Shown here one piece after another: positions 55,313-64,000 of a DNA stretch of 64,000 bases. Both the position numbers and the translations under genes were made by a program. Each line of letters opens with the position of its first letter. Positions within the stretch are counted from its first letter, which is position 1. The stretch lies in the NCBI GenBank assembly GCA_016183365.1, contig JACPES010000003.1, positions 345,154 through 409,153 of the forward strand, written 5' to 3'. The notes under the pieces are model-generated. The model was not told where the DNA came from. It saw only the letters and a program-made list of their open reading frames with translations, and did not search any database. The stretch is from Candidatus Collierbacteria bacterium. Lineage in GTDB: Bacteria; Patescibacteriota; Microgenomatia; UBA1400; JACPES01.

Positions 55313-56258
55313 AGTAGCTATCATCGGAGCTGGTAATATTGCTGCTCGATTTGACGAGTCGGAGAGTAAGGCTATTTTGACTCATGCGCACGCCTATTCG
55401 CTTCATCCCGGGTTTAAGATCTGCGGATTTGTTGATCTTGACGAGGAGAAAGCGAGATTTGCAGCGTTGCGATGGGAAGGGAGAGCTTATTCGTCTATCC
55501 CCAAATTGGTCGATAAAGAACGGCCGGAAATCATTTCTGTTTGTACTCCTGACGAAACTCATGAGAATGTAGTGAAACAACTCGAGGGAAAAAATATCCT
55601 CGGCGGAATTCTTGAGAAACCTCTTGCAGTTGATCTGGTTGGCGCGCGCGCAATTGCGACGTCTCCTCTCGTGAAGAAAGGAAAATTCCTGATGAATTAT
55701 TCCCGACTTTTTGTTCCTGAATTTCAAAAGTTGAGGCGAGATTATCGCAAGGGGGTATACGGTCGGTTGGTTTCGGCAACCGGATACTACGGAAAAGGAT
55801 TGATTCATAATGGATCTCACATGATCAGTTTACTTTTTTGGTTGTTTGAGGGCATTAAGGTTATTAAAAAAATTTCTTTAATCAATGATTTTACGAATGA
55901 TGATCCGAGTGTTTCTGCGGTCCTGCAGTTTTCGGCCGGGGCAAAGGGTGTTCTTCATGCGATTGATAGTCGCTTGCACACGATATTTGAACTGGATTTA
56001 CTCTTTGAAAAAGGGCGTGTGAGAATGGTAGATAGTGGTCATAAACTTGAGGTTTATGAACTTGAAAAAAGCAAGAGATATTTGGGGTATACAGCGATGA
56101 ATCCGAAAGAAGTCATCACCACGTCGCTTGGTCGGTCGTTGTCATTCGCGGTTGAAAATTTATATCACTGGTTGGAAGGAAGCCAACCTCCGCTTTCTAC
56201 AGTTCAAGAAGCGTTTAATGTACAGAAAATTTGTCAGGATATAATTCTTTCTAAATGA
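55296..56258 (+). CDS. Gfo/Idh/MocA family oxidoreductase
   Basis: IIGAGNIA, VCTPDETH, EKP, HNGSH. Confidence 0.9.
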   Translation: MIRKYRVAIIGAGNIAARFDESESKAILTHAHAYSLHPGFKICGFVDLDEEKARFAALRWEGRAYSSIPKLVDKERPEIISVCTPDETHENVVKQLEGKNILGGILEKPLAVDLVGARAIATSPLVKKGKFLMNYSRLFVPEFQKLRRDYRKGVYGRLVSATGYYGKGLIHNGSHMISLLFWLFEGIKVIKKISLINDFTNDDPSVSAVLQFSAGAKGVLHAIDSRLHTIFELDLLFEKGRVRMVDSGHKLEVYELEKSKRYLGYTAMNPKEVITTSLGRSLSFAVENLYHWLEGSQPPLSTVQEAFNVQKICQDIILSK

Positions 56259-57466
56259 GTACGGTGAGACTACCTCGCAGCAAGCTGCGGGGCATCTTTC
56301 AATCTATGAGGCGAAACCCCGCACCGAAAGCCCCCATGATAAAACCCATGTATCCTTTGCAGCAAGCCCTCCGAGTCGGAAGGCAAGCCGCGGGGTTTTC
56401 TGGTGCTGGGGCAAAAAAAGTGTTGTTCTTTTCCCGCGATCCGGGCGGCGCGAACTGCATTATCCCCGTTTTCAAACGATTGGCGGCGCAAAAAACTATT
56501 ACGCCGATTCTCTGGGGTAAAGATTACTCAATTATCAGATACGGAGAAGAGAAGTTAAAATATAAAGATATTTCTTATCTTAACACTTTCCAGGTTATCT
56601 CTTTTCTTCAATCCAAACAAGTAAAGTTTATATTGACCGGCACGAGCTATGGAGATTATTCAGAACAGAAACTTTGGAAGCTTGCACGAAAACTTCATAT
56701 CCCAACAGCAGCGATCGTAGATCAATGGCTCAACTATCGGCTACGATTTACTTCTCTCGCTGGGAGAATAATCACTCCTGACAAAATTCTTGTCTTGGAC
56801 AATTTCGCAAGAAAGGAAATGATAGGGGAAGGATTTCAAAAAGCACAGTTATTAGTGGTCGGTCATCCTTCTTTCGATCTTCTGGGAGAAATGGTCGGTT
56901 GGGATAAGAAAAATGTTATTCGTCATAGACTTTCAATACTCTTTATTTGCGACGCCATTGAGCAAGCAGTGCACGTAAATTTTGGATATACTGAAAAAAC
57001 AATTATTACTGAATTACTCACGGCTTTCGAGAGCGTAAACTATTCAGACAAAATAGATCTGGTGATTAAATTACACCCAAAAAACGATCTCGATGCCATG
57101 AGAATGTTCATCAAGCGTGTTTCTCTTCCAAAATTGGTCAGCATTTCTCTCACTAAAACTACTCCCCTTCACAAACTCATACTGATATCAGATCTCGTCA
57201 TTGGGATGTATTCGATGGGACTTGTCGAGGCGTATCTCCTTGGCAAGCCAGTGATGAGCGTTCAGATCGGATTACGCAAAGAGGACGAATTCATTTTAAG
57301 CAGGAGAGGAGTAACTCGGACAATTCGATCTTCTCAGATACTTATAGAAGAATTTAATCGGTTTTTTTTGAAGAAAAGAGTAAGATACAAGAAGCGATTT
57401 CCAATCGTGCCTCATGCCGGAGAGAATGTTATAAAATTCATCATTGATACTATCAATCGCAAATGA
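56255..57466 (+). CDS. GT-B-fold transferase-like protein with repeat-derived N-terminus
   Basis: DPGGAN, TGTS, DQWLNY, GHPSFD, KLHPK; ATGA coupling at 56255. Confidence 0.65.
   Translation: MSTVRLPRSKLRGIFQSMRRNPAPKAPMIKPMYPLQQALRVGRQAAGFSGAGAKKVLFFSRDPGGANCIIPVFKRLAAQKTITPILWGKDYSIIRYGEEKLKYKDISYLNTFQVISFLQSKQVKFILTGTSYGDYSEQKLWKLARKLHIPTAAIVDQWLNYRLRFTSLAGRIITPDKILVLDNFARKEMIGEGFQKAQLLVVGHPSFDLLGEMVGWDKKNVIRHRLSILFICDAIEQAVHVNFGYTEKTIITELLTAFESVNYSDKIDLVIKLHPKNDLDAMRMFIKRVSLPKLVSISLTKTTPLHKLILISDLVIGMYSMGLVEAYLLGKPVMSVQIGLRKEDEFILSRRGVTRTIRSSQILIEEFNRFFLKKRVRYKKRFPIVPHAGENVIKFIIDTINRK
56271..56411. repeat. Nested CCCCGCA..TGCGGGG-type palindromic elements, in frame
   Basis: cctcgcagcaagctgcgggg; ccccgcacc ... 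ggtgctgggg enclosing gcagcaagc[cctccgagtcggaaggcaagc]cgcgggg. Confidence 0.75.
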
Positions 57467-58770
57467 AGAAAATATTGGCAATTAATGGGGGAAAGAAAGT
57501 CCGGCGGAAGAAATTTCCTTCATACAATACCATCGGCAAAGAGGAAAAACGGGCAGTCCTGAAAGTTCTCAATAGCGGCGTGCTTTCACAGTACCTTGGG
57601 GTCTGGGGGAAAGATTTTTACGGAGGAGAAGAAGTACGAACGCTGGAAAAAGAATGGGCGGCCCATTTCCATGTCAAACACGCGATTGCCGTCAACTCTG
57701 CGACCTCCGGCCTCTTCGCCGCGACCGGCGCGATCGGAATCGGTCCCGGAGACGAAGTCATTGTTTCGCCATACACCATGTCCGCATCGGTGATGCCGCC
57801 CTTGATCTACGGAGCGGTTCCCGTGTTTGCGGATATCGAGCAAGAGTATTTCTGTTTAGATCCGGCATCAGTTGAACAACGAATCACAGAACGGACAAAA
57901 GCCATTATCGTGGTGGATTTATTCGGCCAACCGTATGACGTTGAACGAATCAATAAAATTGCTAAGAAGCACAATCTTATTCTTATAGAAGACGCTTCTC
58001 AAGCGCCCGGAGCGGCATATCAAGGAAAATTCGCCGGTACATTGGGAGACATCGGGATATTTTCTCTGAATTATCACAAACATATCCATACCGGCGAAGG
58101 CGGAATGGTCGTAACGGATAACGATGAGCTGGCGGATAGGGTCCGATTAATTCGAAATCACGCGGAAAGTATTGTCGAGGCAAAAGGAGTAAAGAATTTG
58201 ACGAACATGGTTGGATTTAACTTTCGGATGACGGAAATTGAGGCGGCGATTGCCCGATGCCAGCTGAAAAAATTGAAATCTCTTCTGAAATCTCGTATTA
58301 ACGATATTGAGTACCTGACGAAAAGACTAGAAACAATTGAAGGATTGCGTCCGCCCCGCGTCCGCCCCGGATGCACCCATTCATTTTATGTCCATCCCAT
58401 TTTGTACGACCAACGTGTCACCGGTGTCCCCCGCGACAGATTCATTGATGCCGTCAAAGCCGAGCTGACGCCAACGCGAGGGCGAGAATCATGGGGGCCG
58501 TTAATAAGCTGTGGCTATGTAAAACCCCTATATCTTCTTCCGTTATTCCAAAAACGAATCGCGATTGGAGCCAACGGGTATCCATTTACAGCACCTCTTT
58601 ATTATGGCAACGTGACATATAAGAAAGGAATTTGCCCTGTGGTAGAGCAATTGTATGAGTATTCACTCTTTTATCATGATCTGGCCAAACCGCCGGTCAC
58701 AAAGAAAGATCTGGATGACATTGCCAAAGCATTTGTGAAAGTCAGCCGTCACGTTAAGGAACTACGATGA
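57463..58770 (+). CDS. DegT/DnrJ/EryC1/StrS sugar aminotransferase
   Basis: LAINGG, NSATSG, EDASQAPG, SLNYHKHIHTGEGG, GFNFRMTE. Confidence 0.93.
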   Translation: MKKILAINGGKKVRRKKFPSYNTIGKEEKRAVLKVLNSGVLSQYLGVWGKDFYGGEEVRTLEKEWAAHFHVKHAIAVNSATSGLFAATGAIGIGPGDEVIVSPYTMSASVMPPLIYGAVPVFADIEQEYFCLDPASVEQRITERTKAIIVVDLFGQPYDVERINKIAKKHNLILIEDASQAPGAAYQGKFAGTLGDIGIFSLNYHKHIHTGEGGMVVTDNDELADRVRLIRNHAESIVEAKGVKNLTNMVGFNFRMTEIEAAIARCQLKKLKSLLKSRINDIEYLTKRLETIEGLRPPRVRPGCTHSFYVHPILYDQRVTGVPRDRFIDAVKAELTPTRGRESWGPLISCGYVKPLYLLPLFQKRIAIGANGYPFTAPLYYGNVTYKKGICPVVEQLYEYSLFYHDLAKPPVTKKDLDDIAKAFVKVSRHVKELR

Positions 58771-58950
58771 ATAATCAAATCATGATCGGAAAACGCGTGT
58801 GTCTCCGCGTTCTTAAAGAACGCGACGTGGATGGTCCGTAAAATGCCTAGTTAATACCCTCTGGGCGCAGTCGAAATTAACAGAAAGGGATTTAAAAGAT
58901 ATCGTGGTGGCGGTGGAGAAAGTTGCCAAAAATCTGACTAAGTTGAAAAC
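58767..58950 (+). pseudogene. GNAT N-terminal remnant followed by DegT C-terminal remnant
   Basis: MNNQIMIGKRVCLRVLKERDVDGP*NA*LIP from 58767; SKLTERDLKDIVVAVEKVAKNL from 58871. Confidence 0.7.
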
Positions 58951-60041
58951 AAGTGTTTCCAAGCAAAAGCTTCTCCTCTGGAGATTGATTGAGTCAATTT
59001 TTTCCCGATAATCATTTCAGTAAATTGAGGGGTAATTGATCCTTTTGGCGTCGGGCGCAAGGCTTCGACCATTGATTTGGTTAAGGCGGTGCCTTTCTTT
59101 AAATCTCGGGCAGCGCGCAAGCAGCGGCGCTGAATGATTGACGAGTCGGTTTCGGCGGCGACAACCTGTTTTTGTCCTGATCCAAGGATGGTTTTTACTA
59201 AATTGCCGTATTTTGTCATTAAAGCGAACGCTTGAGGTGTCATCGAAAATGGGGCGTCCGGAGTTTCGTCGTCGTTTCTTAGACACAAATGTTTTTCGAT
59301 GACACAGGCGCCGCGGGTGACGGCGATCAATGGGACTACTACGCCGTGGAAGGGATTATCTGCGTCGTAAGTATGGTCGGAATAACCATAAGCCACGTCG
59401 AAAGCTTTGCCCATGGTGACCATGGCTTCGACTCCGGCTTGTTCAATCGGAGAGAGAGCGTAATTTGTGATGCATTGAAGAAGAATAATTTGGTCGTTGC
59501 CGGCTTTTCTTAAAGTGTTAATTGCTAATTCTACGGTTGCCAAGTCGGAGGCGCCGGAAGAGATAATAATCGGTTTTCTTTTTTTGGCGATATATGTTAA
59601 AAGTTCAATGTAATCAATATCACCGGAGCCGATTTTGTATGCATTAACGTCGACTTTTTCGAGCAGATCAACAGATTCTTTATCGTACGGCGTACTCATG
59701 AATTCAATACCGACTTTTTTACAGTAATTGGCTAGCTTTTGATGCCAGTCAAATTTTAGTGACGCATCCTCATAAACTTCATAGACGCTTTTTTTCCATT
59801 TGGCCTGATGGGTGATCTTCATTGATTTAAATCCGACGTCGGAAACGATTTTGGGTGCTTGGAAAGTTTGGAATTTGGCAACATCGGCGCCGGCTTGTTT
59901 GGCGGCATCAATCAGTTTGAAAGCTTTACGAATATCTGGTTTTTGTTCTGGAGTCGGCATCCAGTTGGCGGATATATCCGCAATCCAATAAGGTTTTTTG
60001 CCATCCCCCACCCACTGCTTTCCGATTTTGAGACGTTTCAT
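58938..60041 (-). CDS. neuB: Nonulosonic acid synthase (NeuB/PseI/LegI family) with SAF domain
   Basis: IADISAN, ADVAKFQ, KIGSGD, GYSDHT, IEKH, ALRP. Confidence 0.92.
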   Translation of the reverse strand: MKRLKIGKQWVGDGKKPYWIADISANWMPTPEQKPDIRKAFKLIDAAKQAGADVAKFQTFQAPKIVSDVGFKSMKITHQAKWKKSVYEVYEDASLKFDWHQKLANYCKKVGIEFMSTPYDKESVDLLEKVDVNAYKIGSGDIDYIELLTYIAKKRKPIIISSGASDLATVELAINTLRKAGNDQIILLQCITNYALSPIEQAGVEAMVTMGKAFDVAYGYSDHTYDADNPFHGVVVPLIAVTRGACVIEKHLCLRNDDETPDAPFSMTPQAFALMTKYGNLVKTILGSGQKQVVAAETDSSIIQRRCLRAARDLKKGTALTKSMVEALRPTPKGSITPQFTEMIIGKKLTQSISRGEAFAWKHLFST

Positions 60042-60961
60042 TACAGACGAAATTTATCACTTTTGATTGATTGATGCAAGTGCGTAACGCCTTGATTTAC
60101 CATTGGAAGAGAAATTTTGATTTTTCTTGCGAAAACTAAAGAATTAAGATAAGTTTTTTGCGGGCGAGGGATAGATAAAACTAGACCGCTTTTTACCGGT
60201 AGCACCAGATTTGAATCATAGCCAAATTCTTTCGCTAGCAATTTGGCGAAGCGGTATTTGCTGATTCGGTTTTTGGCGTTCAGGTTATACAAACCGTAAA
60301 GATTTTCGCGTAAAGCTTCAATCGTTAATTTAACTATGTCTTCGATGAATAGAGGAGCAAAAACCACGTCGGTAAAACTGGTGACTTTCCGGCCGGCGGC
60401 CAAAGTCCTTAAAATCCATTCCACCAGAGGATATGGTTTTCTACCGCGGATGCCGATGATGTTTGTCCGCAAAACCAGAGCGTTTGGATCGATTTTTAGA
60501 ACTAACTGTTCGCCTTTTAGTTTCGATTTGGCATAAAGGTTTAACGGATGAACTTTGTCAATTTCTGTATATCCGTCAACCGGCGGATTTTTGCCGTCAA
60601 ACACCGCGTCGGTGGAATAATGAATCAGTTTCTTACCGTGTTTTGCCGTCCATTCAGCTAGAATCCCTGGAAATTCCGCATTTATTTTATAGGCCAAATC
60701 AGGATTTTCTTCGCAGTCTTCGACGATTGTCATGGCGGCGCAGTTGACGATGATTTCGGGATTGATTTCTGAAAGTAGAATTTGAAGGCTTAGAGGATCG
60801 GTAGCATCAAACATGACAGAGCAGATATTTTTTTCTCTGGATTTTTTCGGTTTGGAATGATAAGCGAAGAATATCGGTGAAAAAAATTTCTCCAACAAAC
60901 TTCTTTTAGCGACGAAAGCACTACCGAGCATTCCGTTGGCGCCGAGAATTAAAATTGACAT
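60041..60961 (-). CDS. RmlD-like NAD(P)-dependent sugar reductase
   Basis: GANGMLG, NCAAMT, STDAVFDG, YAKSKLKGE. Confidence 0.88.
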   Translation of the reverse strand: MSILILGANGMLGSAFVAKRSLLEKFFSPIFFAYHSKPKKSREKNICSVMFDATDPLSLQILLSEINPEIIVNCAAMTIVEDCEENPDLAYKINAEFPGILAEWTAKHGKKLIHYSTDAVFDGKNPPVDGYTEIDKVHPLNLYAKSKLKGEQLVLKIDPNALVLRTNIIGIRGRKPYPLVEWILRTLAAGRKVTSFTDVVFAPLFIEDIVKLTIEALRENLYGLYNLNAKNRISKYRFAKLLAKEFGYDSNLVLPVKSGLVLSIPRPQKTYLNSLVFARKIKISLPMVNQGVTHLHQSIKSDKFRL

Positions 60962-61018
60962 TCTTCTCCATAAGGTATCATATCTCGAGTATATCAGTTA
61001 ACTGGTAAAATCAGATAG

Positions 61019-61582
61019 ATGAAAATAAAAGACTCTAAGGTTTTTTTACCAGGCCAGCGCATTTCACTGCGGCCGCTGGCGATCAATGACGTTTCTCTTC
61101 GGTATCATCGATGGCTCAATGATCCGGAGGTCAATCAATATAACGCTCACGCGATTTTTCCCTATTCAATTGAAGAGTTAAAAGAATATGTAAAACAAGC
61201 CAGTAGTGATCGATCGAAAATCGTTCTGGCGATTGTCGACAACAAATCCGGGAAACACATTGGTAATCTTTCCCTTCAGAATATTGACTGGGTGGCGCGC
61301 AGCGCCGAATTTGCCATTATCATTGGAGATAGAAATTTCTGGGAAAAGGGTGTAGGTTTGGAGGCGGGAAAGTTGATCGTTGATTACGCATTTACCCGAT
61401 TAAATCTTAACAGGATTTATTGCGGAACTTCCAGCCAAAATATGGGGATGCAGAAATTAGCCGGTAAACTGGGAATGAAGCCCGAAGGTTGTCGTCGGCA
61501 GGCGATGTTTAAAGACGGGAAATTCGTTGACATTATTGAGTATGGTATCTTAAACATCGAATATGAAAAGCAAAAAGCTTAG
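61019..61582 (+). CDS. GNAT N-acyltransferase (RimJ/RimL type)
   Basis: LRPL..WLNDPEV, HIGN, WEKGVG, LNLNRI, EGCRR. Confidence 0.9.
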   Translation: MKIKDSKVFLPGQRISLRPLAINDVSLRYHRWLNDPEVNQYNAHAIFPYSIEELKEYVKQASSDRSKIVLAIVDNKSGKHIGNLSLQNIDWVARSAEFAIIIGDRNFWEKGVGLEAGKLIVDYAFTRLNLNRIYCGTSSQNMGMQKLAGKLGMKPEGCRRQAMFKDGKFVDIIEYGILNIEYEKQKA

Positions 61583-62678
61583 GTCATCAGGCCAGCCATT
61601 TCCTCAACTAAAATACTGCACCCGTTGCTGCATGCCGGAAACTACCGAAGGAATTGAATTTGACGACATGGGCATCTGCAAATCCTGTCAGTCCTCGGAG
61701 CAAAAAATTCATATTGATTGGGTAAAGAGGGAAAAAGAATTGCGAAAAATTTTGATGTATTACAAAAAGCGGAGCGGGAGTAACTACGACTGCATCGTGC
61801 CAATTAGCGGCGGAAAAGACAGCACGTTCCAGCTCCACGTTATCTGCAAAATCTATGGGATGAAACCTCTGGCAGTGACGTTTTCTCATAATTGGTATTC
61901 TCCGGTAGGGAAGCAGAACTTAGATAATGCTCTTGAGAAATTCAATGTTGACCACATCATGTTTACTCCCAACCGGGCTTTAGTGAATAAATTAGCGCGG
62001 AAATCATTGATGATGATCGGCGACTCCTGTTGGCATTGCCACGCGGGGGTGGGCGCTTTTCCTCTTCAGGTGGCGATGAAATTCAAGATACCGCTGATGG
62101 TCTGGGGGGAATCCATCGCCGAGTCGTCAGGCCGGGCGACGCACTATGAACCCGGACACCGTTATGACCGCGAGTACTTTATCAAAGTCTCCGCCAAGGT
62201 GTATCCGGAGCAAATGGTGGGGAATGGCATAACCAAGAAAGATGTCTTCCCTTTCAAATTCCCGACTTCATCGGAAATCAAAAACGTCGGAGTAACTGGC
62301 ATTCATCTAGGAGATTACATTTTTTGGGATGACGAACGACAAACGGAGTTTGTCAGACGAGAGTACGGTTGGAAAGAGGATACGATCGAAGGGACATATA
62401 AACGCTACAAGAGCGCCGAGTGCATCATGCCGGGCGTCCACGACTACACCAAATATTTGAAACGCGGATACGGCCGGGCGACGGATCATGCCAGCCAAGA
62501 CGTTCGAGCCGGCCTTCTGACCCGTGAAGAAGCTTTTAAACTTGTGAAGAAAATCGATCCAAAAAAGCCAAAAATTTTAAAGTACTACCTTAAGATTACC
62601 GGCCTGTCGGAAAAAGAATTCTACGATGTGATGCGGAAACACCGAGTAGGAAAAGCAAAACATCTATCGTTACCATGA
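61563..62678 (+). CDS. N-acetyl sugar amidotransferase, second copy
   Basis: CTRCCMPET, PISGGKDS, CWHC, WGES, HDYTKYLKRGYGR. Confidence 0.92.
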   Translation: MKSKKLRSSGQPFPQLKYCTRCCMPETTEGIEFDDMGICKSCQSSEQKIHIDWVKREKELRKILMYYKKRSGSNYDCIVPISGGKDSTFQLHVICKIYGMKPLAVTFSHNWYSPVGKQNLDNALEKFNVDHIMFTPNRALVNKLARKSLMMIGDSCWHCHAGVGAFPLQVAMKFKIPLMVWGESIAESSGRATHYEPGHRYDREYFIKVSAKVYPEQMVGNGITKKDVFPFKFPTSSEIKNVGVTGIHLGDYIFWDDERQTEFVRREYGWKEDTIEGTYKRYKSAECIMPGVHDYTKYLKRGYGRATDHASQDVRAGLLTREEAFKLVKKIDPKKPKILKYYLKITGLSEKEFYDVMRKHRVGKAKHLSLP

Positions 62679-64000
62679 ACGATCTTTTTCTGTTGGGAGC
62701 CTGGGATGCTGTCCGCAAGATTCAGGCGAACAATATCAGCGCGATTGAATTCGTGACGTCCTGCCTTGACCAGATTGGGAGGACGGAGCCAAACATACAT
62801 GCCTGGGTCCATCTCGATCGAAAATATGCATTGGCGCAAGCCGCCGAGATTGATAAAAAAATCGCCGCTGGCCAGAAAGTCGGAATCCTTGCCGGAGTTC
62901 CGGTGGGAGTAAAAGATATTTTCAATACGGTTGATTTCCCAACGGAGATGGGAAGCCCGATCTGGAAAAACTTCACCCCGGGGAATGACGCCCGGGTTGT
63001 TTCATATTTACGATGGGAAGATGCGGTGATACCGGGGAAAACCGTGACGGCTGAATTCGCGGTTCATACTCCGGGTCCGACCCATAACCCTCATCGGCAT
63101 GGATACATGACCGGAACATCGTCAAGCGGCTCCGCAGCCGCAGTGGCTTCGTTTATGGTCCCGTTTGCCTTGGGAACCCAGACGGCCGGATCAACCATCC
63201 GGCCGGCCAGTTACTGCGGCGTCTACGGGATGAAACCGTCGTTCGGGCTCCTGCCCCGGACCGGAATGCTTAAAACAACCGATTCGCTTGATACCGTCGG
63301 TTTTTTCTCCAGATCCATCGACGATCTTCGATTGCTTCTTGACGTTCTCCGCGTCAAAGGCCGTAATTTTCCTTATATCCATCGCGCAGTCGATCGGCAA
63401 CAACCGGGGAGAAAAAATAAACACAAGTGGAAAGTGGGAGTAGTAACGTCAAGCCTGTGGGTGTGGGATAAGGCGGAAGTCTACGCGCGAGATTCACTGA
63501 AGCGGTTCGCGTCAGCACTCTCAAAGCTCAAAAGCGTGGAGATACAGGAAGTAAAACTTCCAGCCGAATTTAATCGCGCCCACCAAATTCATGGAGTAAT
63601 CTATGATAAGACGCTCTCCTATTATTTCAAAAATGAATTCAAAAAAAAGACACTCATCAGTCCGGTGATGTATGAAATCATTGAAAGGGGACAACGGATC
63701 ACGCTGGACGACTATAAAAAAGCGCTCGACCGGCAAAGTCTTTTATCCCGGAAGTTCGCTCGACTGATGGATAATTTCGACGTCCTTTTGACGCTTTCGA
63801 CCGGGGGAGAAGCGCTCAAGGGACTCCAATCGGTCGATCGTCTGGACTCGTGTCTTATCTGGACGCTTTGCGGCGCTCCAACCATTAATCTTCCGGTGTT
63901 TATCGGACCAAATAAATTGCCGTTTGGAGCGCAATTGGTGGGAAGACGGTACGGTGATTACGGAGTCTTGTTATTCGCCTCTTTTCTCATTACGAATGGA
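62675..64000 (+). CDS. Amidase-signature (GatA-like) protein, runs off the 3' end; missing from ORF track
   Basis: Hand translation is open to the window end: GVPVGVKDIF, GKTVTAEFA, TGTSSSGSAAAVA, LGTQTAGSTIRPASYCG; ATGA overlap. Confidence 0.92.
   Translation, partial: MNDLFLLGAWDAVRKIQANNISAIEFVTSCLDQIGRTEPNIHAWVHLDRKYALAQAAEIDKKIAAGQKVGILAGVPVGVKDIFNTVDFPTEMGSPIWKNFTPGNDARVVSYLRWEDAVIPGKTVTAEFAVHTPGPTHNPHRHGYMTGTSSSGSAAAVASFMVPFALGTQTAGSTIRPASYCGVYGMKPSFGLLPRTGMLKTTDSLDTVGFFSRSIDDLRLLLDVLRVKGRNFPYIHRAVDRQQPGRKNKHKWKVGVVTSSLWVWDKAEVYARDSLKRFASALSKLKSVEIQEVKLPAEFNRAHQIHGVIYDKTLSYYFKNEFKKKTLISPVMYEIIERGQRITLDDYKKALDRQSLLSRKFARLMDNFDVLLTLSTGGEALKGLQSVDRLDSCLIWTLCGAPTINLPVFIGPNKLPFGAQLVGRRYGDYGVLLFASFLITNG

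Noticed and set aside
36278-60961. Minus-strand blocks as invertible (phase-variable) segments
   Set aside because: No flanking inverted repeats or recombinase were seen, and each block has its own plausible promoter.
217-63934. Numerous 60-190 aa antisense or alternate-frame ORFs in the track (e.g. 55251-55820, 53144-53548, 11065-11262, 62722-62976)
   Set aside because: They overlap well-supported genes and have no recognisable motifs; treated as shadow ORFs.
1-64000. Alternative genetic code (TGA or TAG read-through)
   Set aside because: TGA, TAG and TAA all end full-length proteins, often in ATGA overlaps; the stops near 58839-58850 fit pseudogene decay.
62675-64000. Amidase as housekeeping gatA
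   Set aside because: No gatC upstream, the signature diverges (TQTAGS rather than SDTGGS), and it is coupled to a glycan gene; downstream context is not visible.

Overview
One continuous cell-surface glycosylation locus of about 60 tightly packed, often ATGA/GTGA-coupled genes, mostly on the + strand. The many GT-C membrane glycosyltransferases and leaderless-type starts suggest a Patescibacteria/CPR (Microgenomates-like) genome, but this is inference. Bases 1-42.8 kb carry GT-C, GT2 and GT4 glycosyltransferases, SAM methyltransferases, wecB, SDRs and DegT. Bases 42.9-64 kb carry a nonulosonic-acid (pseudaminic/legionaminic-type) synthesis and tailoring block: PseC-GNAT, deacetylase, formyltransferase, two N-acetyl-sugar amidotransferases, HisH/HisF, an amidase, SpsF and NeuB. 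The most striking signal is about 35 short repeat elements of at least five families: GTCAT..ATGAC palindromes, AAGG-N5-CCTT doublets, CCCCGCA..TGCGGGG hairpins, 7-mer arrays and 8/9-mer arrays. Most lie in frame inside proteins. Unrelated families occupy the same GT4 inter-domain linker, some are nested, one 62-bp composite occurs twice, and array units deviate exactly where the consensus would make an in-frame stop. They are almost confined to 1-30 kb, and no mobilising enzyme is in the window. Two genes missing from the ORF track were added (Trm112-like at 11044, amidase at 62675), as was a deletion scar near 58.8 kb. No rRNA, tRNA, CRISPR array or transposase was seen.
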